The notes beneath the pieces were generated by a model. That model had not been told where the DNA came from, searched no databases, and saw nothing but the letters and a program-made list of their open reading frames with translations. From an uncultured Anaerotignum sp. (lineage in GTDB: Bacteria; Bacillota; Clostridia; Lachnospirales; Anaerotignaceae), in NCBI GenBank assembly GCA_905212195.1, contig CAJMDQ010000001.1, positions 4,940 through 68,939 on the forward strand: DNA of 64,000 nt, written 5' to 3'. Made by a program: the position numbers and the translations under genes. This document shows, piece after piece, positions 39,872 to 49,708 of the stretch (positions are counted from its first letter, which is position 1; the number at the start of each line of letters is the position of its first letter).

Positions 39872-41551
39872 ATGCTGGAACATTTGCATATCAAAAACGT
39901 AGCGCTGATTGCAGAAAGTGAACTGCATTTTGAAAAGGGCCTGAATATCCTCACAGGGGAAACAGGCGCCGGAAAATCCATGATCATTGATTCCCTGCAT
40001 TTCGCACTGGGCGGTCGGGTAAACCGTGATTTCCTGCGGAAGGAAGAACAGTCGGCAGTGGTGGAAGCTTTGTTTTCCACAGAAAACCCGAAGGTTTCTG
40101 TTTTTCTGGAGGAAAACGGTATTCCAGTAGAGGAAGATGGTACATTGCTCATTGCCCGCACTATGCAGGCATCAGGAAAAACCGTTGCCCGTGTCAATGG
40201 CAGCACCGTTACAGCTGGTATGCTGAAGGAACTGGCAGGAGAATTGCTGGATATTTACGGACAGCATGAACATCAGTCATTGCTGAATCCCAGCCGGCAT
40301 ATTCATTTGCTGGATCGTTTTTGCGGGGAAGCATTGGAAGAAAAGCTGGCGGAATACCGCAAAGAATTCAGCAGAGAAAAAGAACTGAAAAAACAGCTGG
40401 AAATGCTCTGTGGGGAAGAAAGCAGCCGCGCCCAGCGCTTAGATATCCTTCAATTCCAGAAAGAAGAAATTGAAGGGGCCTCTCTGCGTGCTGGTGAGGA
40501 AGAAGAACTGCTGGAACAGAAAAAACGTCTGGGCAGTGTGGAAAAGCTTATGCGTTTGTCTGTGGAAGGGGTGCAGCTCCTTTATGACGGCAGGGAAGGC
40601 ATGGCTTCTGCCTGCGATAATCTGGGAGAGGCGCTGCGGTGTTTGCAGGAAGCGGCGGCACTGGATAATAGTCTGTCAGAACTTTGCGAGCGCATGGACA
40701 ATGTGTATGCCCAGTTGGAAGACGGCGCAAGAGAATGGAAAAAGTATACCCATTTGCTGGAAGCAGACCCGGACGCACTGGAAAACATCGAAGAACGTTT
40801 GCAGACTATCTACCGCCTGAAAAGAAAATATGGCGGCAGTGTGGAAACGGTTCTGGATTTTTACCAGAAAGCAGTGCAGGAACTGGATTTTCTGCTGAAC
40901 AGTGAGGAACGCGCGGCAGAGCTGGAACAGGCGTTGCAGGCAGTTCATGAGCATATGACAGCCTTGGCTGGAGAAATCACAGCCATCCGGAAAAATACAG
41001 CTTTGCAGGTGCAGACACAGGTAGAACAGGCACTGCATGATATGGAAATGGCACAGGCAAGATTTTATATTTCCGTAGAAAAACGGGAAAATTTTGCCGC
41101 AGACGGTTTGGATAAAGTGGAATTTCTGATTTCTGCCAATGCGGGGGAGGACTTGAAGCCTCTGGCAAAAATCGCATCCGGTGGGGAAATGTCCCGCGTG
41201 ATGCTGGCTCTGAAAACAGTGCTGGTGGATGCAGACGAAATTGGAACCTTTATCTTTGACGAAATCGACACAGGTGTCAGCGGCAAGACTGCCAGAAAAG
41301 TTGGGGAAAAAATGAGTCTGCTGGGGAAAAAGCGGCAGATTCTGTGTATTACCCATTTGCCTCAGATTGCGGCTATGGCAGACAATCATTTTCGCATAGA
41401 AAAACATGTGGCGGAAGGGCGAACCACCACAACCGTAGAAACATTAGATGAGAACGCTTCCTGTCGGGAAATTGCGCGGCTCATGGGCGGTGAGGAAATC
41501 ACAGAAACCACCATGGCAGCAGCAAGAGAACTGCGGCGGGAAAAACCTTGA
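39872..41551 (+). CDS. recN: DNA repair protein RecN
   Basis: TGETGAGKS, GQHEHQ, ASGGEMSR, FDEIDTG, ITHLPQIAA. Confidence 0.96.
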   Translation: MLEHLHIKNVALIAESELHFEKGLNILTGETGAGKSMIIDSLHFALGGRVNRDFLRKEEQSAVVEALFSTENPKVSVFLEENGIPVEEDGTLLIARTMQASGKTVARVNGSTVTAGMLKELAGELLDIYGQHEHQSLLNPSRHIHLLDRFCGEALEEKLAEYRKEFSREKELKKQLEMLCGEESSRAQRLDILQFQKEEIEGASLRAGEEEELLEQKKRLGSVEKLMRLSVEGVQLLYDGREGMASACDNLGEALRCLQEAAALDNSLSELCERMDNVYAQLEDGAREWKKYTHLLEADPDALENIEERLQTIYRLKRKYGGSVETVLDFYQKAVQELDFLLNSEERAAELEQALQAVHEHMTALAGEITAIRKNTALQVQTQVEQALHDMEMAQARFYISVEKRENFAADGLDKVEFLISANAGEDLKPLAKIASGGEMSRVMLALKTVLVDADEIGTFIFDEIDTGVSGKTARKVGEKMSLLGKKRQILCITHLPQIAAMADNHFRIEKHVAEGRTTTTVETLDENASCREIARLMGGEEITETTMAAARELRREKP

Positions 41552-41562
41552 GGAAAACCCTC

Positions 41563-41591
41563 TTGACAAGTAAAATATACATTGCTACAAT
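41563..41591 (+). promoter_or_regulatory. SigA promoter of MATE gene
   Basis: TTGACA-17 bp-TACAAT with extended TG. Confidence 0.75.
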
Positions 41592-41597
41592 GAGTTT

Positions 41598-41682
41598 GTT
41601 CATCGGAGGGTGCGTAATACATAAGAGATTACAGCCGGATAAGATGGCAGGTGAAAGTCCTGCTTCTTATCCGGCTTTTTTT
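41598..41682 (+). promoter_or_regulatory. Attenuator leader of MATE gene (guanidine-IV-like candidate)
   Basis: Terminator AGCCGGATAAGA / TCTTATCCGGCT plus T run between promoter and RBS; apical GCAGG/CCTGC stem containing AGGT; 5' TTC-ATCG-GAG mini-hairpin. Confidence 0.55.
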
Positions 41683-41698
41683 GTGAAAGGAGAAGCCT

Positions 41699-43042
41699 AT
41701 GACACAGGAATTTTCGTTGACAGAAGGAAAAATCAGTACCACATTGCTGCGGTTTGCAGTGCCATTTTTGCTTGCCAGTTTTCTGCAGGCGTTATATGGC
41801 GCAGCAGATTTGTATGTAGTAGGGCGTTTTGATACAGCGGCTGGGGTATCGGCTGTTGCCATTGGCAGTCAGGTTATGCAGACCATTACAGGTATTATAC
41901 TGGGGATTTCTACCGGCGGTACGGTTCTGCTGGGCAGATGTATCGGTGAAGCAAATCCCAGAGGGGCAGCAAAAGCAGTGGGAACCATAGCGTCATCCTT
42001 TTTGTTGCTGGCAGTGATTTTAACGCCGTTGATGCTGTTTTTGACGGAATCTATTGTGACTGCTATGGAAACACCTCTGGAAGCGGCGGAAGCAGCCAAA
42101 GCATATATTTTTACCTGTTCCGCAGGGATTCCTTTTATCATTGGCTATAATGCAGTCAGCGGTATTTTCCGCGGACTGGGTGATTCTAAAACACCTGTGT
42201 ATTTTATATTGATTGCCTGCATTGTGAATATTGGCGTAGACTTTTTGCTGGTAGGCGGTTTTGGTATGGGTGCTGAAGGGGCTGCCATTGCGACGGTTGC
42301 TGCACAGGCCATCAGCTTTTTCGCCGCACTGCTATATATTAGAAAGAAAGGGTTTTCCTTTCCTGTGTATAAAAGGGATTTTATCCCTGACCCACAGTCG
42401 GCGCTGCGTATCTGGAAAGTGGGCTTGCCTCTGGCATTGCAGGATGCATTGGTCAATATTTCTTTTTTGGTTATCACAGCCATTGTGAATACATTGGGGC
42501 TGGTGCCTTCGGCTGCGGTAGGTGTTGTGGAAAAAATCATCATTTTCGCAATGCTGCCGCCTACATCCTTTGCTTCGGCTGTTGCCGCCATGACAGCCCA
42601 GAATCTGGGGGCAGGAAAAGCAGACCGGGCACGAAAAACATTGTGGTTCGGCATTGGATATGCATTGGTCTTTGGTGTTTTGTTCTGCATATACTGTCAA
42701 TGGAACCCGGAAAGCATCACAGGGATATTTTCCAAAGAGGCAGAGGTGGTCAGCGCAGCGGCAGATTACCTGCGATCCTATTCCATTGACTGCATTCTGG
42801 TTGCCTTTATTTTCTGCATGAACTCCTATTTCAGTGGCTATGGAAAATCGGTGATTTCTTTTGCCCACAGCATGCTGGCAACCTTTGGTGTGCGTATTCC
42901 GGCTACAGCGTTTCTGAGCCGTTACGCAGGGGAATCGCTGTATGTCATGGGGCTGGCATCTCCTTTGGCGACCTTTGTTTCGCTGGTGATTTGTCTGTTT
43001 TTCCTGCGTTATCTGCATCGGAAAACCGTTGGAATTTTGTAA
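41699..43042 (+). CDS. MATE family efflux transporter
   Basis: LTEGKI, LQALYGAAD, RGLGDSKTP, GAAIAT, AQNLGAG; 12 TM segments. Confidence 0.93.
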   Translation: MTQEFSLTEGKISTTLLRFAVPFLLASFLQALYGAADLYVVGRFDTAAGVSAVAIGSQVMQTITGIILGISTGGTVLLGRCIGEANPRGAAKAVGTIASSFLLLAVILTPLMLFLTESIVTAMETPLEAAEAAKAYIFTCSAGIPFIIGYNAVSGIFRGLGDSKTPVYFILIACIVNIGVDFLLVGGFGMGAEGAAIATVAAQAISFFAALLYIRKKGFSFPVYKRDFIPDPQSALRIWKVGLPLALQDALVNISFLVITAIVNTLGLVPSAAVGVVEKIIIFAMLPPTSFASAVAAMTAQNLGAGKADRARKTLWFGIGYALVFGVLFCIYCQWNPESITGIFSKEAEVVSAAADYLRSYSIDCILVAFIFCMNSYFSGYGKSVISFAHSMLATFGVRIPATAFLSRYAGESLYVMGLASPLATFVSLVICLFFLRYLHRKTVGIL

Positions 43043-43123
43043 GAAAATCATAACAAAACCATAACAAAAAACGAATGATTTTCTGTTATGCTATAAAGAA
43101 ATATGGCAAGGAGGATGGAAAAG

Positions 43124-43309
43124 ATGAAAAACAAGCATTTGTGGCTGGCTCTGGGGGAGGGCCTGCTGTTTATGATACTTTTCTTGCATCGCTATGAGCT
43201 GGAGTGGATGTGTTGGGTACAGATGCTGATTTGTATCATTGTCGGCATCAAAGTTCTGGATCATTTGCGTGCATTTTATGAAGACAGAAGAATGATTGGG
43301 AAAAAATAA
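43124..43309 (+). CDS. Small two-TM membrane protein
   Basis: AGGAGG RBS, two hydrophobic segments, own extended -10 and strong terminator. Confidence 0.55.
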   Translation: MKNKHLWLALGEGLLFMILFLHRYELEWMCWVQMLICIIVGIKVLDHLRAFYEDRRMIGKK

Positions 43310-43361
43310 AAAAAACCCTTTTGCTGCGGAAAGCAATCTTTCCGCAGCAAAAGGGTTTTTT
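43310..43361. terminator. Bidirectional terminator (24-bp perfect inverted repeat)
   Basis: AAAAAACCCTTTTGCTGCGGAAAG-CAAT-CTTTCCGCAGCAAAAGGGTTTTTT. Confidence 0.85.
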
Positions 43362-43367
43362 ACGTGA

Positions 43368-43802
43368 TCAATCTTTGCGATATTCTTTTTCCGTCTGTGC
43401 AACACGCAGCAAAGAAGATTTTTCCATTGTGTTTTCTTCTTTTCGCATAGCGTCGCGGTCTAACAACCACTGCATATACATGAGCAGTTCTTCCCGGCTG
43501 CTCTTGCTCAGCTGTGCGTAATAAGTTTGGAATCGGTTAAATTCTATGGAATCATCATCTACCATATAAGGATGGCGGATATCGTTGACCCCCAGAAGAT
43601 AGTCCAAAGAAACATCAAAAATAGATGCAATTTTTTTTAAATCAGGGATGGAGGGCTGATTGCGTCCGGATTCATAGTTAGCAATGGCAGTGTAGCCATA
43701 GTTTAACATTTCGCCTAATTTTACCTGTGTCAGTTTTTTTTCTTTTCGCAGCATTTTCAGCCGGTCTTTAAATTCCTGCAATCTGCTCACCTCGTTTTTC
43801 AT
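43368..43802 (-). CDS. XRE-family HTH transcriptional regulator
   Basis: RLKMLRKEKKLTQ, IANYESGRNQP, FDVSLDYLLG; start may be TTG 43781 after GAGGTG. Confidence 0.9.
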   Translation of the reverse strand: MKNEVSRLQEFKDRLKMLRKEKKLTQVKLGEMLNYGYTAIANYESGRNQPSIPDLKKIASIFDVSLDYLLGVNDIRHPYMVDDDSIEFNRFQTYYAQLSKSSREELLMYMQWLLDRDAMRKEENTMEKSSLLRVAQTEKEYRKD

Positions 43803-43967
43803 TTTTTCTTTTGCAGAATTGACTACTATAATAGTCAGTTTTTATTATAGGGTTAATACAGAACCGAGAAAAGGCATTGTCACAGATAGAAAAATATTTT
43901 TGCTAATGTTTGCAAATTGCAAAAAATTATACAGTGGTTCGTTTTTTCACTAATTTTTTAATTCCTA

Positions 43968-43996
43968 TTGACAAACTATGAAAAGTATGGTACATT
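43968..43996 (+). promoter_or_regulatory. SigA promoter of iscS-iscU
   Basis: TTGACA-17 bp-TACATT with extended TG. Confidence 0.7.
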
Positions 43997-44067
43997 TAAT
44001 TCACATAAAGCATATAAGAATACTATGATATATAAAATGATAATTTGATTTAGAGGAGGACAAGACT

Positions 44068-45249
44068 ATGGCAACAAAAATTTATATGGATCATGCAGCA
44101 ACAACTCCCGTCAGAAAAGAAGTTCTGGAAGCAATGCTTCCTTATTTTACAGAATATTATGGAAACGCATCCGGTATTTACGGCATTGCCAAGGAAAGCA
44201 AAAAGGCAATGGAAAAAGCGAGAGAACAGGTGGCAGCTGCCATCAATGCACAGCCTTCTGAAATCTATTTTACAGCAGGCGGTTCCGAAAGTGACAATAT
44301 GGCACTGCGGGGTGTAGCTGAAGCACTGAAGGATAAAGGTAATCATATTATTACCACAAAAATTGAACATCATGCCATTTTGCACACCTGTGAATATCTG
44401 GAAAAACATGGTTTCCGTGTAACATATCTGGATGTAGATGCAGACGGCAAAGTCAGACTGGAAGATCTGGAAGCGGCTATCTGTCCAGAAACCATTCTCA
44501 TTTCTGTGATGTTTGCCAACAATGAAATCGGCACCATCGAACCCATTGCGGAAATCGGAAAACTGGCACATGAAAAAGGTATCTACTTCCACACAGACGC
44601 TGTACAGGCAATGGGTCATGTTCCCATTGATGTGGAAGAAATGCACATTGACCTGCTGTCCATCAGCGGTCATAAACTGGGTGCACCAAAAGGCATCGGC
44701 GCCATTTATATCCGTAAAGGCGTACGTATCACACCTTTGATCTTCGGCGGTGCACAGGAAAAGAAAATGCGTGCAGGCACAGAAAATATCCCCGGTATTG
44801 TAGGTCTGGGCAAGGCAGTGGAACTGGCTGCCGCAGAACTGCCAGAAACAAGAGCAACACTGGAAAAAATGCGTGACAGACTGATTCACGGCATTCTGGA
44901 AGCTATTCCTTACAGCAAACTGAATGGTCATCCTACAGATCGTCTGCCGGGCAACTGCAACATATCCTTTGAATTTATCGAAGGTGAATCCATGCTGCTG
45001 CTGTTAGACGCTTTGGGCGTAGCGGCATCCAGCGGTTCCGCTTGCACATCCGGTTCTCTGGATCCTTCCCATGTGCTTCTGGCCATCGGCCTGCCTCATG
45101 AAAAAGCTCATGGTTCTTTAAGACTCACATTGGATACAGACAACACAGAGGAAGAAATTGATTTTATTTTGGAAAAACTGCCTCAGATTGTTGCAAGACT
45201 GCGGGAAATGTCTCCCCTTTACGAAGAAATCAGCAAACAGGCAAAATAA
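44068..45249 (+). CDS. iscS: Cysteine desulfurase
   Basis: DHAATTP, NNEIG, HTDAVQ, SGHK, RAGTEN, SSGSACTS. Confidence 0.96.
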   Translation: MATKIYMDHAATTPVRKEVLEAMLPYFTEYYGNASGIYGIAKESKKAMEKAREQVAAAINAQPSEIYFTAGGSESDNMALRGVAEALKDKGNHIITTKIEHHAILHTCEYLEKHGFRVTYLDVDADGKVRLEDLEAAICPETILISVMFANNEIGTIEPIAEIGKLAHEKGIYFHTDAVQAMGHVPIDVEEMHIDLLSISGHKLGAPKGIGAIYIRKGVRITPLIFGGAQEKKMRAGTENIPGIVGLGKAVELAAAELPETRATLEKMRDRLIHGILEAIPYSKLNGHPTDRLPGNCNISFEFIEGESMLLLLDALGVAASSGSACTSGSLDPSHVLLAIGLPHEKAHGSLRLTLDTDNTEEEIDFILEKLPQIVARLREMSPLYEEISKQAK

Positions 45250-45308
45250 TATAGAGAAAAAAGAGAAGGTTATCAATTGATTGTTTAAATACACAGGAGG
45301 AATTTTTT

Positions 45309-45746
45309 ATGGAATACAGTGCAAAAGTAATGGATCATTTTATGAATCCCAGAAACGTAGGCGAAATTGAAGATGCCAGCGGTGTTGGTACTGTTGGTAA
45401 CGCAAAGTGCGGCGATATTATGAAGGTATATCTGCAGATTGAAGACGGCATCATTCAGGATGCAAAATTCAAAACATTTGGCTGTGGTGCGGCAGTGGCT
45501 ACCAGCTCCATGGCAACAGAACTGGTGAAAGGCAAAACCATTCAGCAGGCGTTGGAAGTAACAAATAAAGCAGTTATGGAAGCTCTGGATGGCCTGCCCT
45601 CTGTGAAGGTACACTGTTCCTGCTTGGCAGAAGAAGCGCTCCACGCAGCACTTTGGGATTATGCAGAAAAAAATCATATCGTTATCGAAGGTTTGAAAAA
45701 ACCTGTCAATGACATTGATGAACTCCATCATCATACAGAAGAATAA
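45309..45746 (+). CDS. iscU: Fe-S cluster scaffold IscU/NifU
   Basis: HFMNPRNVG, CGD, FGCG, KVHCS. Confidence 0.95.
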   Translation: MEYSAKVMDHFMNPRNVGEIEDASGVGTVGNAKCGDIMKVYLQIEDGIIQDAKFKTFGCGAAVATSSMATELVKGKTIQQALEVTNKAVMEALDGLPSVKVHCSCLAEEALHAALWDYAEKNHIVIEGLKKPVNDIDELHHHTEE

Positions 45747-45879
45747 ATGAAATCAAAAAGTCCGATTCTCTTTCGGGAGCATCGGACTTTTTCTGTATTT
45801 GGAAAGAGAAGGAAAGCCTTGTTTCCCAATGGGGAATATGGTACCATGAGAAACGAAAAACGAAAATAACATAAGGTCG

Positions 45880-46995
45880 GTGAAACCATTGTCAAAAGGA
45901 AAAGTAATTATTGGAATGTCTGGCGGCGTAGATAGTTCTACAGCTGCTTATTTGTTAAAAGAAGAAGGGTATGAAGTGATCGGCGTCACCATGGGTATGT
46001 GGCAGGAGCCGGGAGAAACAGAAGGCTGCGGCAATCTTTCCGCAGTGAAAGATGCTTCCCGTGTGGCGGAAAAGCTTGGAATCGAATTCCATGTTTTGGA
46101 TTTTCGGAAAGAATTCCGCGAAAATGTTGTGGATTACTTCATCAACAGTTATGAAAGAGGCATGACTCCCAATCCTTGCATTGCCTGCAACCGCCATGTA
46201 AAATGGGCAGCATTGCTGCAATATGCCAATGAGATTGGGGCAGACTATATTGCAACAGGACATTATGCCCGCATTGAAAAACACCCTGTCACAGGCAGAT
46301 ACTCCATCAAAGCGTCTGTAACAGAGGCAAAAGACCAGACTTATGCCCTGTATCGCCTGACACAGGAACAGCTGGCAAGAACATTGATGCCTGTTGGATT
46401 CTATGAAAAGGATGAAATCCGAAAAATCGCTGCTAATATTGATGACTTTATTGCGAAAAAAGGAGATAGTCAGGATATCTGTTTCATCCCTGACGGAGAT
46501 TATGGTGCCTTTCTGGAACGGGAAAGAGGAAAAAATCATTGCCCGGGAAATTTCGTAGACATGGAAGGAAAGGTATTGGGACAGCATAAAGGTCTGATTT
46601 ACTATACCGTTGGACAGCGGAAAGGTCTGGGCATTGCCTTTGGTAAACCCATGTATGTATATGGTTTGGATGTGGACAAGAACGAAGTCATCCTTTGTGA
46701 TAACGAAACCCTTTTCTCCAGAACTGTATATGCAAACCAGATCAACTGCATGTCTGTACCGGAATTTACAGACGGGATGCGTTTCCGCGGAAAAATCCGT
46801 TACAGCCACAAAATGGCAGACTGTACCGTGCGTATGGTAGGAGAGGATTTGCTGGAATGTACCTTTGATGAGCCCCAGAGAGCCATTACACCGGGACAGG
46901 CTTTGGTGCTTTATGACGGGGAATACGTGGCTGGCGGCGGTACCATTTTAGGGGCGAAATTACCAATTAATCAAAGAAAGAACGAAGCTGAATAA
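45880..46995 (+). CDS. mnmA: tRNA 2-thiouridylase
   Basis: MSGGVDSS, TPNPCIACN, ATGHY, KDQTY, DSQDICF, YTVGQRKG, ITPGQ. Confidence 0.96.
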   Translation: MKPLSKGKVIIGMSGGVDSSTAAYLLKEEGYEVIGVTMGMWQEPGETEGCGNLSAVKDASRVAEKLGIEFHVLDFRKEFRENVVDYFINSYERGMTPNPCIACNRHVKWAALLQYANEIGADYIATGHYARIEKHPVTGRYSIKASVTEAKDQTYALYRLTQEQLARTLMPVGFYEKDEIRKIAANIDDFIAKKGDSQDICFIPDGDYGAFLERERGKNHCPGNFVDMEGKVLGQHKGLIYYTVGQRKGLGIAFGKPMYVYGLDVDKNEVILCDNETLFSRTVYANQINCMSVPEFTDGMRFRGKIRYSHKMADCTVRMVGEDLLECTFDEPQRAITPGQALVLYDGEYVAGGGTILGAKLPINQRKNEAE

Positions 46996-47129
46996 AGATT
47001 TTGTATATATTTTCAAAAACTGCTATTTGTCGCATTTTGTAATTGCATGGAACCATTGTTTGTGGTATCATGTTTGATGGTATATAAACAAGGGTTATGT
47101 TCTATAAGAAAAATTTATGGGAGGCAGCG

Positions 47130-48818
47130 ATGAATTACGCACAAATGATTATTCCGTTTATTGGCGGTCTGGCTTTGTTTATCTACGGCATGAACATCAT
47201 GGCGCAGGGTCTTCAGAACGCCGCCGGCTCCAAAATGAAGAGTATTTTGGAAGCACTGACACAGAACAAATTGATGGGGATTGCTCTGGGTGCATTGGTA
47301 ACAGCCATTGTACAGAGTTCCTCCGCAACAACCGTTATGGTCGTTGGTTTTGTAAATGCTGGCTTGATGAACCTGACACAGGCCATGAGTGTTATCATGG
47401 GTGCCAACATTGGTACAACTGTAACAGGCTGGCTGGTATCCAGTTCCGAATGGGCAAAAATGTTCAGCCCTTCAACCATTGCACCTCTGGCAGTTATGCT
47501 GGGTGTCATCCTGATGATGAGCGGTAAGAATGCCCGTCGGAAAGAAATTGCTTCTATTGTAATTGGTTTCGGTGTGTTGTTTATTGGTATCGAAAGCATG
47601 TCATCTTCCGTAGAACCTCTGCGTGATTCCGAAGCTTTCCGTTCCATGTTTGTAACACTGGGTTCCAACCCTCTGCTGGGTATTTTCGCCGGTGCTTTCG
47701 TAACAGCTATTATCCAGAGTTCCTCTGCATCTCAGGGTATTCTGCTGTCCTTGGCGGCTTCCGGTCTGGTACCTTTCAATGCGGCAGTATATATCATCAT
47801 GGGTCAGAATATCGGTACTTGTGTAACCGCTCTGATCAGTGGTATCGGCGCAACAAAAACAGCAAAATGCGTTGGTTATATGCACCTGATGTTTAATATT
47901 ACCGGTACCATCGTATTCAGTATCGTGGCAATCGTATACTTTACCATCATCAATCCTGCTATGGGCGGCGAGATCATTACACAGACACAGATCAGTGCCA
48001 TCCATACAATCTTTAACATTGGTACAACTTTGATGGTAATTCCCTTGTCTAATATCATTATCAAAATTGCAAAGAGAATCAACCACGTACAGGAAATCGA
48101 ACGCAAAGACGAAAGTCAGCTGGTTCATCTGGACAAACGTATTCTGGAAACACCCAGTCTGGCTGTAGAAGGCGCAAAACTGGAAACACTGCGTCTGGGC
48201 CGTATTGCGCTGGAAAACCTGCAGAGCTCCTTTGATGCACTGATCAAGAAAGATCACGATAAGATCGAAGAAGTAAAACAGCGTGAAAATGTTGTGGATA
48301 AGGTTTGTGACAGCATTTCCGAATACCTGATCAAACTGTGTACTTTGCAGATTAGTGAAAAAGACAATCAGACAGTAACATCCTTGCTCAATACCATTAG
48401 TGATATGGAACGTGTGGGCGACCATGCGGAAAACATTGCCGAACTGGCAGAAGAAATGGAAAGAGAAGAAATCACATTCTCCAGCATGGCTTTGGAAGAA
48501 TTGAGTGAAATGACAAAGGTAACATTGGCAAGTTATGAAAATGCCCTGAAAGCATTGGAAAACAACGATATTACCTATGCCATGAAAACAGCCGTACTGG
48601 AAGAACAGGTGGACGCACTGGAAAAGAAACTCCGTGCAAGCCATATCGACCGTCTGTCCAATGCGGAATGTAACGTCAACTCCGGTATCCATTTCCTGGA
48701 AATGCTGGGCAATCTGGAACGTGTTTCCGACCATGCAATGAATATTGCGCAGGTAGTTCTGAACGAAAACAGAGTAGAAAAGAATTATCACGACGAAGCA
48801 ATCATGCCTGTTGTTTAA
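47130..48818 (+). CDS. Na+/Pi cotransporter with C-terminal PhoU domains
   Basis: Two QSSSA repeats, GANIGT/GQNIGT, two ERVxDHA PhoU motifs. Confidence 0.93.
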   Translation: MNYAQMIIPFIGGLALFIYGMNIMAQGLQNAAGSKMKSILEALTQNKLMGIALGALVTAIVQSSSATTVMVVGFVNAGLMNLTQAMSVIMGANIGTTVTGWLVSSSEWAKMFSPSTIAPLAVMLGVILMMSGKNARRKEIASIVIGFGVLFIGIESMSSSVEPLRDSEAFRSMFVTLGSNPLLGIFAGAFVTAIIQSSSASQGILLSLAASGLVPFNAAVYIIMGQNIGTCVTALISGIGATKTAKCVGYMHLMFNITGTIVFSIVAIVYFTIINPAMGGEIITQTQISAIHTIFNIGTTLMVIPLSNIIIKIAKRINHVQEIERKDESQLVHLDKRILETPSLAVEGAKLETLRLGRIALENLQSSFDALIKKDHDKIEEVKQRENVVDKVCDSISEYLIKLCTLQISEKDNQTVTSLLNTISDMERVGDHAENIAELAEEMEREEITFSSMALEELSEMTKVTLASYENALKALENNDITYAMKTAVLEEQVDALEKKLRASHIDRLSNAECNVNSGIHFLEMLGNLERVSDHAMNIAQVVLNENRVEKNYHDEAIMPVV

Positions 48819-48944
48819 TAGAAAAGAGAAAAAGCCTTTTGCTGTGTGAAAACATGGCAAAGGGCTTTTTTTGATGGATACAGGCACAAATGCTGGAAAA
48901 CTGAATACATAAGAAAAGAGAGCAGAAAGAAAGGCGGAATGAGG

Positions 48945-49493
48945 ATGCCGCGTGTTTATCTGAGTCCTTCTTTGCAGGAGTATAATTTGTATGTAAATGG
49001 TGGAACAGAGGAGGAGATTACCAATCTCATTGCTGATGCCATGGAACCTTATTTGTTGGCATCAGGTATTGAATTTACAAGAAACCGTCCGGAAATGAGT
49101 CTGGGGGAAGCCATCGCCGCTTCCAATGCGGGAAATTATGACTTGCATTTTGCCATTCATTCCAATGCGGCACCGGAAAGTCTGGTAGGAAAGTTACAGG
49201 GTGTGGATGCGTATTATTTTTACAATAGCCCCTACGGCAGAGAAATGGCGGATATTGTTACGGAAAATATGAAGCAGGTATATCCTGATGGGGAAAAAGT
49301 GCAGTCCGTGGCAACGGCAACACTGCGGGAATTACGCCGTACCAATGCGCCGGCAGTGCTGGTGGAAGTAGGGTATCACGACAATATAGAGGATGCCCAG
49401 TGGATCAAAGAGAATATTGATCAGATTGCAAAAGCACTGGCAAAATCCATTGCGGATTATTTCGGTGTGCCTTTTCGCCAGCCGCAGGTATAA
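48945..49493 (+). CDS. N-acetylmuramoyl-L-alanine amidase (Amidase_3-like), no signal peptide
   Basis: VYLSPS, TEE, AIHSNA, PAVLVEVGYHDN. Confidence 0.82.
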   Translation: MPRVYLSPSLQEYNLYVNGGTEEEITNLIADAMEPYLLASGIEFTRNRPEMSLGEAIAASNAGNYDLHFAIHSNAAPESLVGKLQGVDAYYFYNSPYGREMADIVTENMKQVYPDGEKVQSVATATLRELRRTNAPAVLVEVGYHDNIEDAQWIKENIDQIAKALAKSIADYFGVPFRQPQV

Positions 49494-49708
49494 ATATTTC
49501 TGAAAAAATATACAATGCCTATCACAAATTCTGATGGTTGTTTTATGCTATCCTCCAAAGAGAAAGTTTTTTTATAAAAAATAAAGGGAAATCGTAACAA
49601 GTGCCGTATTTATATTGATATGTATATTGTGTAAATGCTATATAATACTGTATACATGAAACTGACGGGCGACTTGTCCGATTATTCAATACCAAGGGAG
49701 GTATCAGT

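Noticed and set aside
41548..41832. 94-aa ORF across the MATE leader
   Set aside because: Spans the promoter and terminator and overlaps MATE out of frame; no RBS
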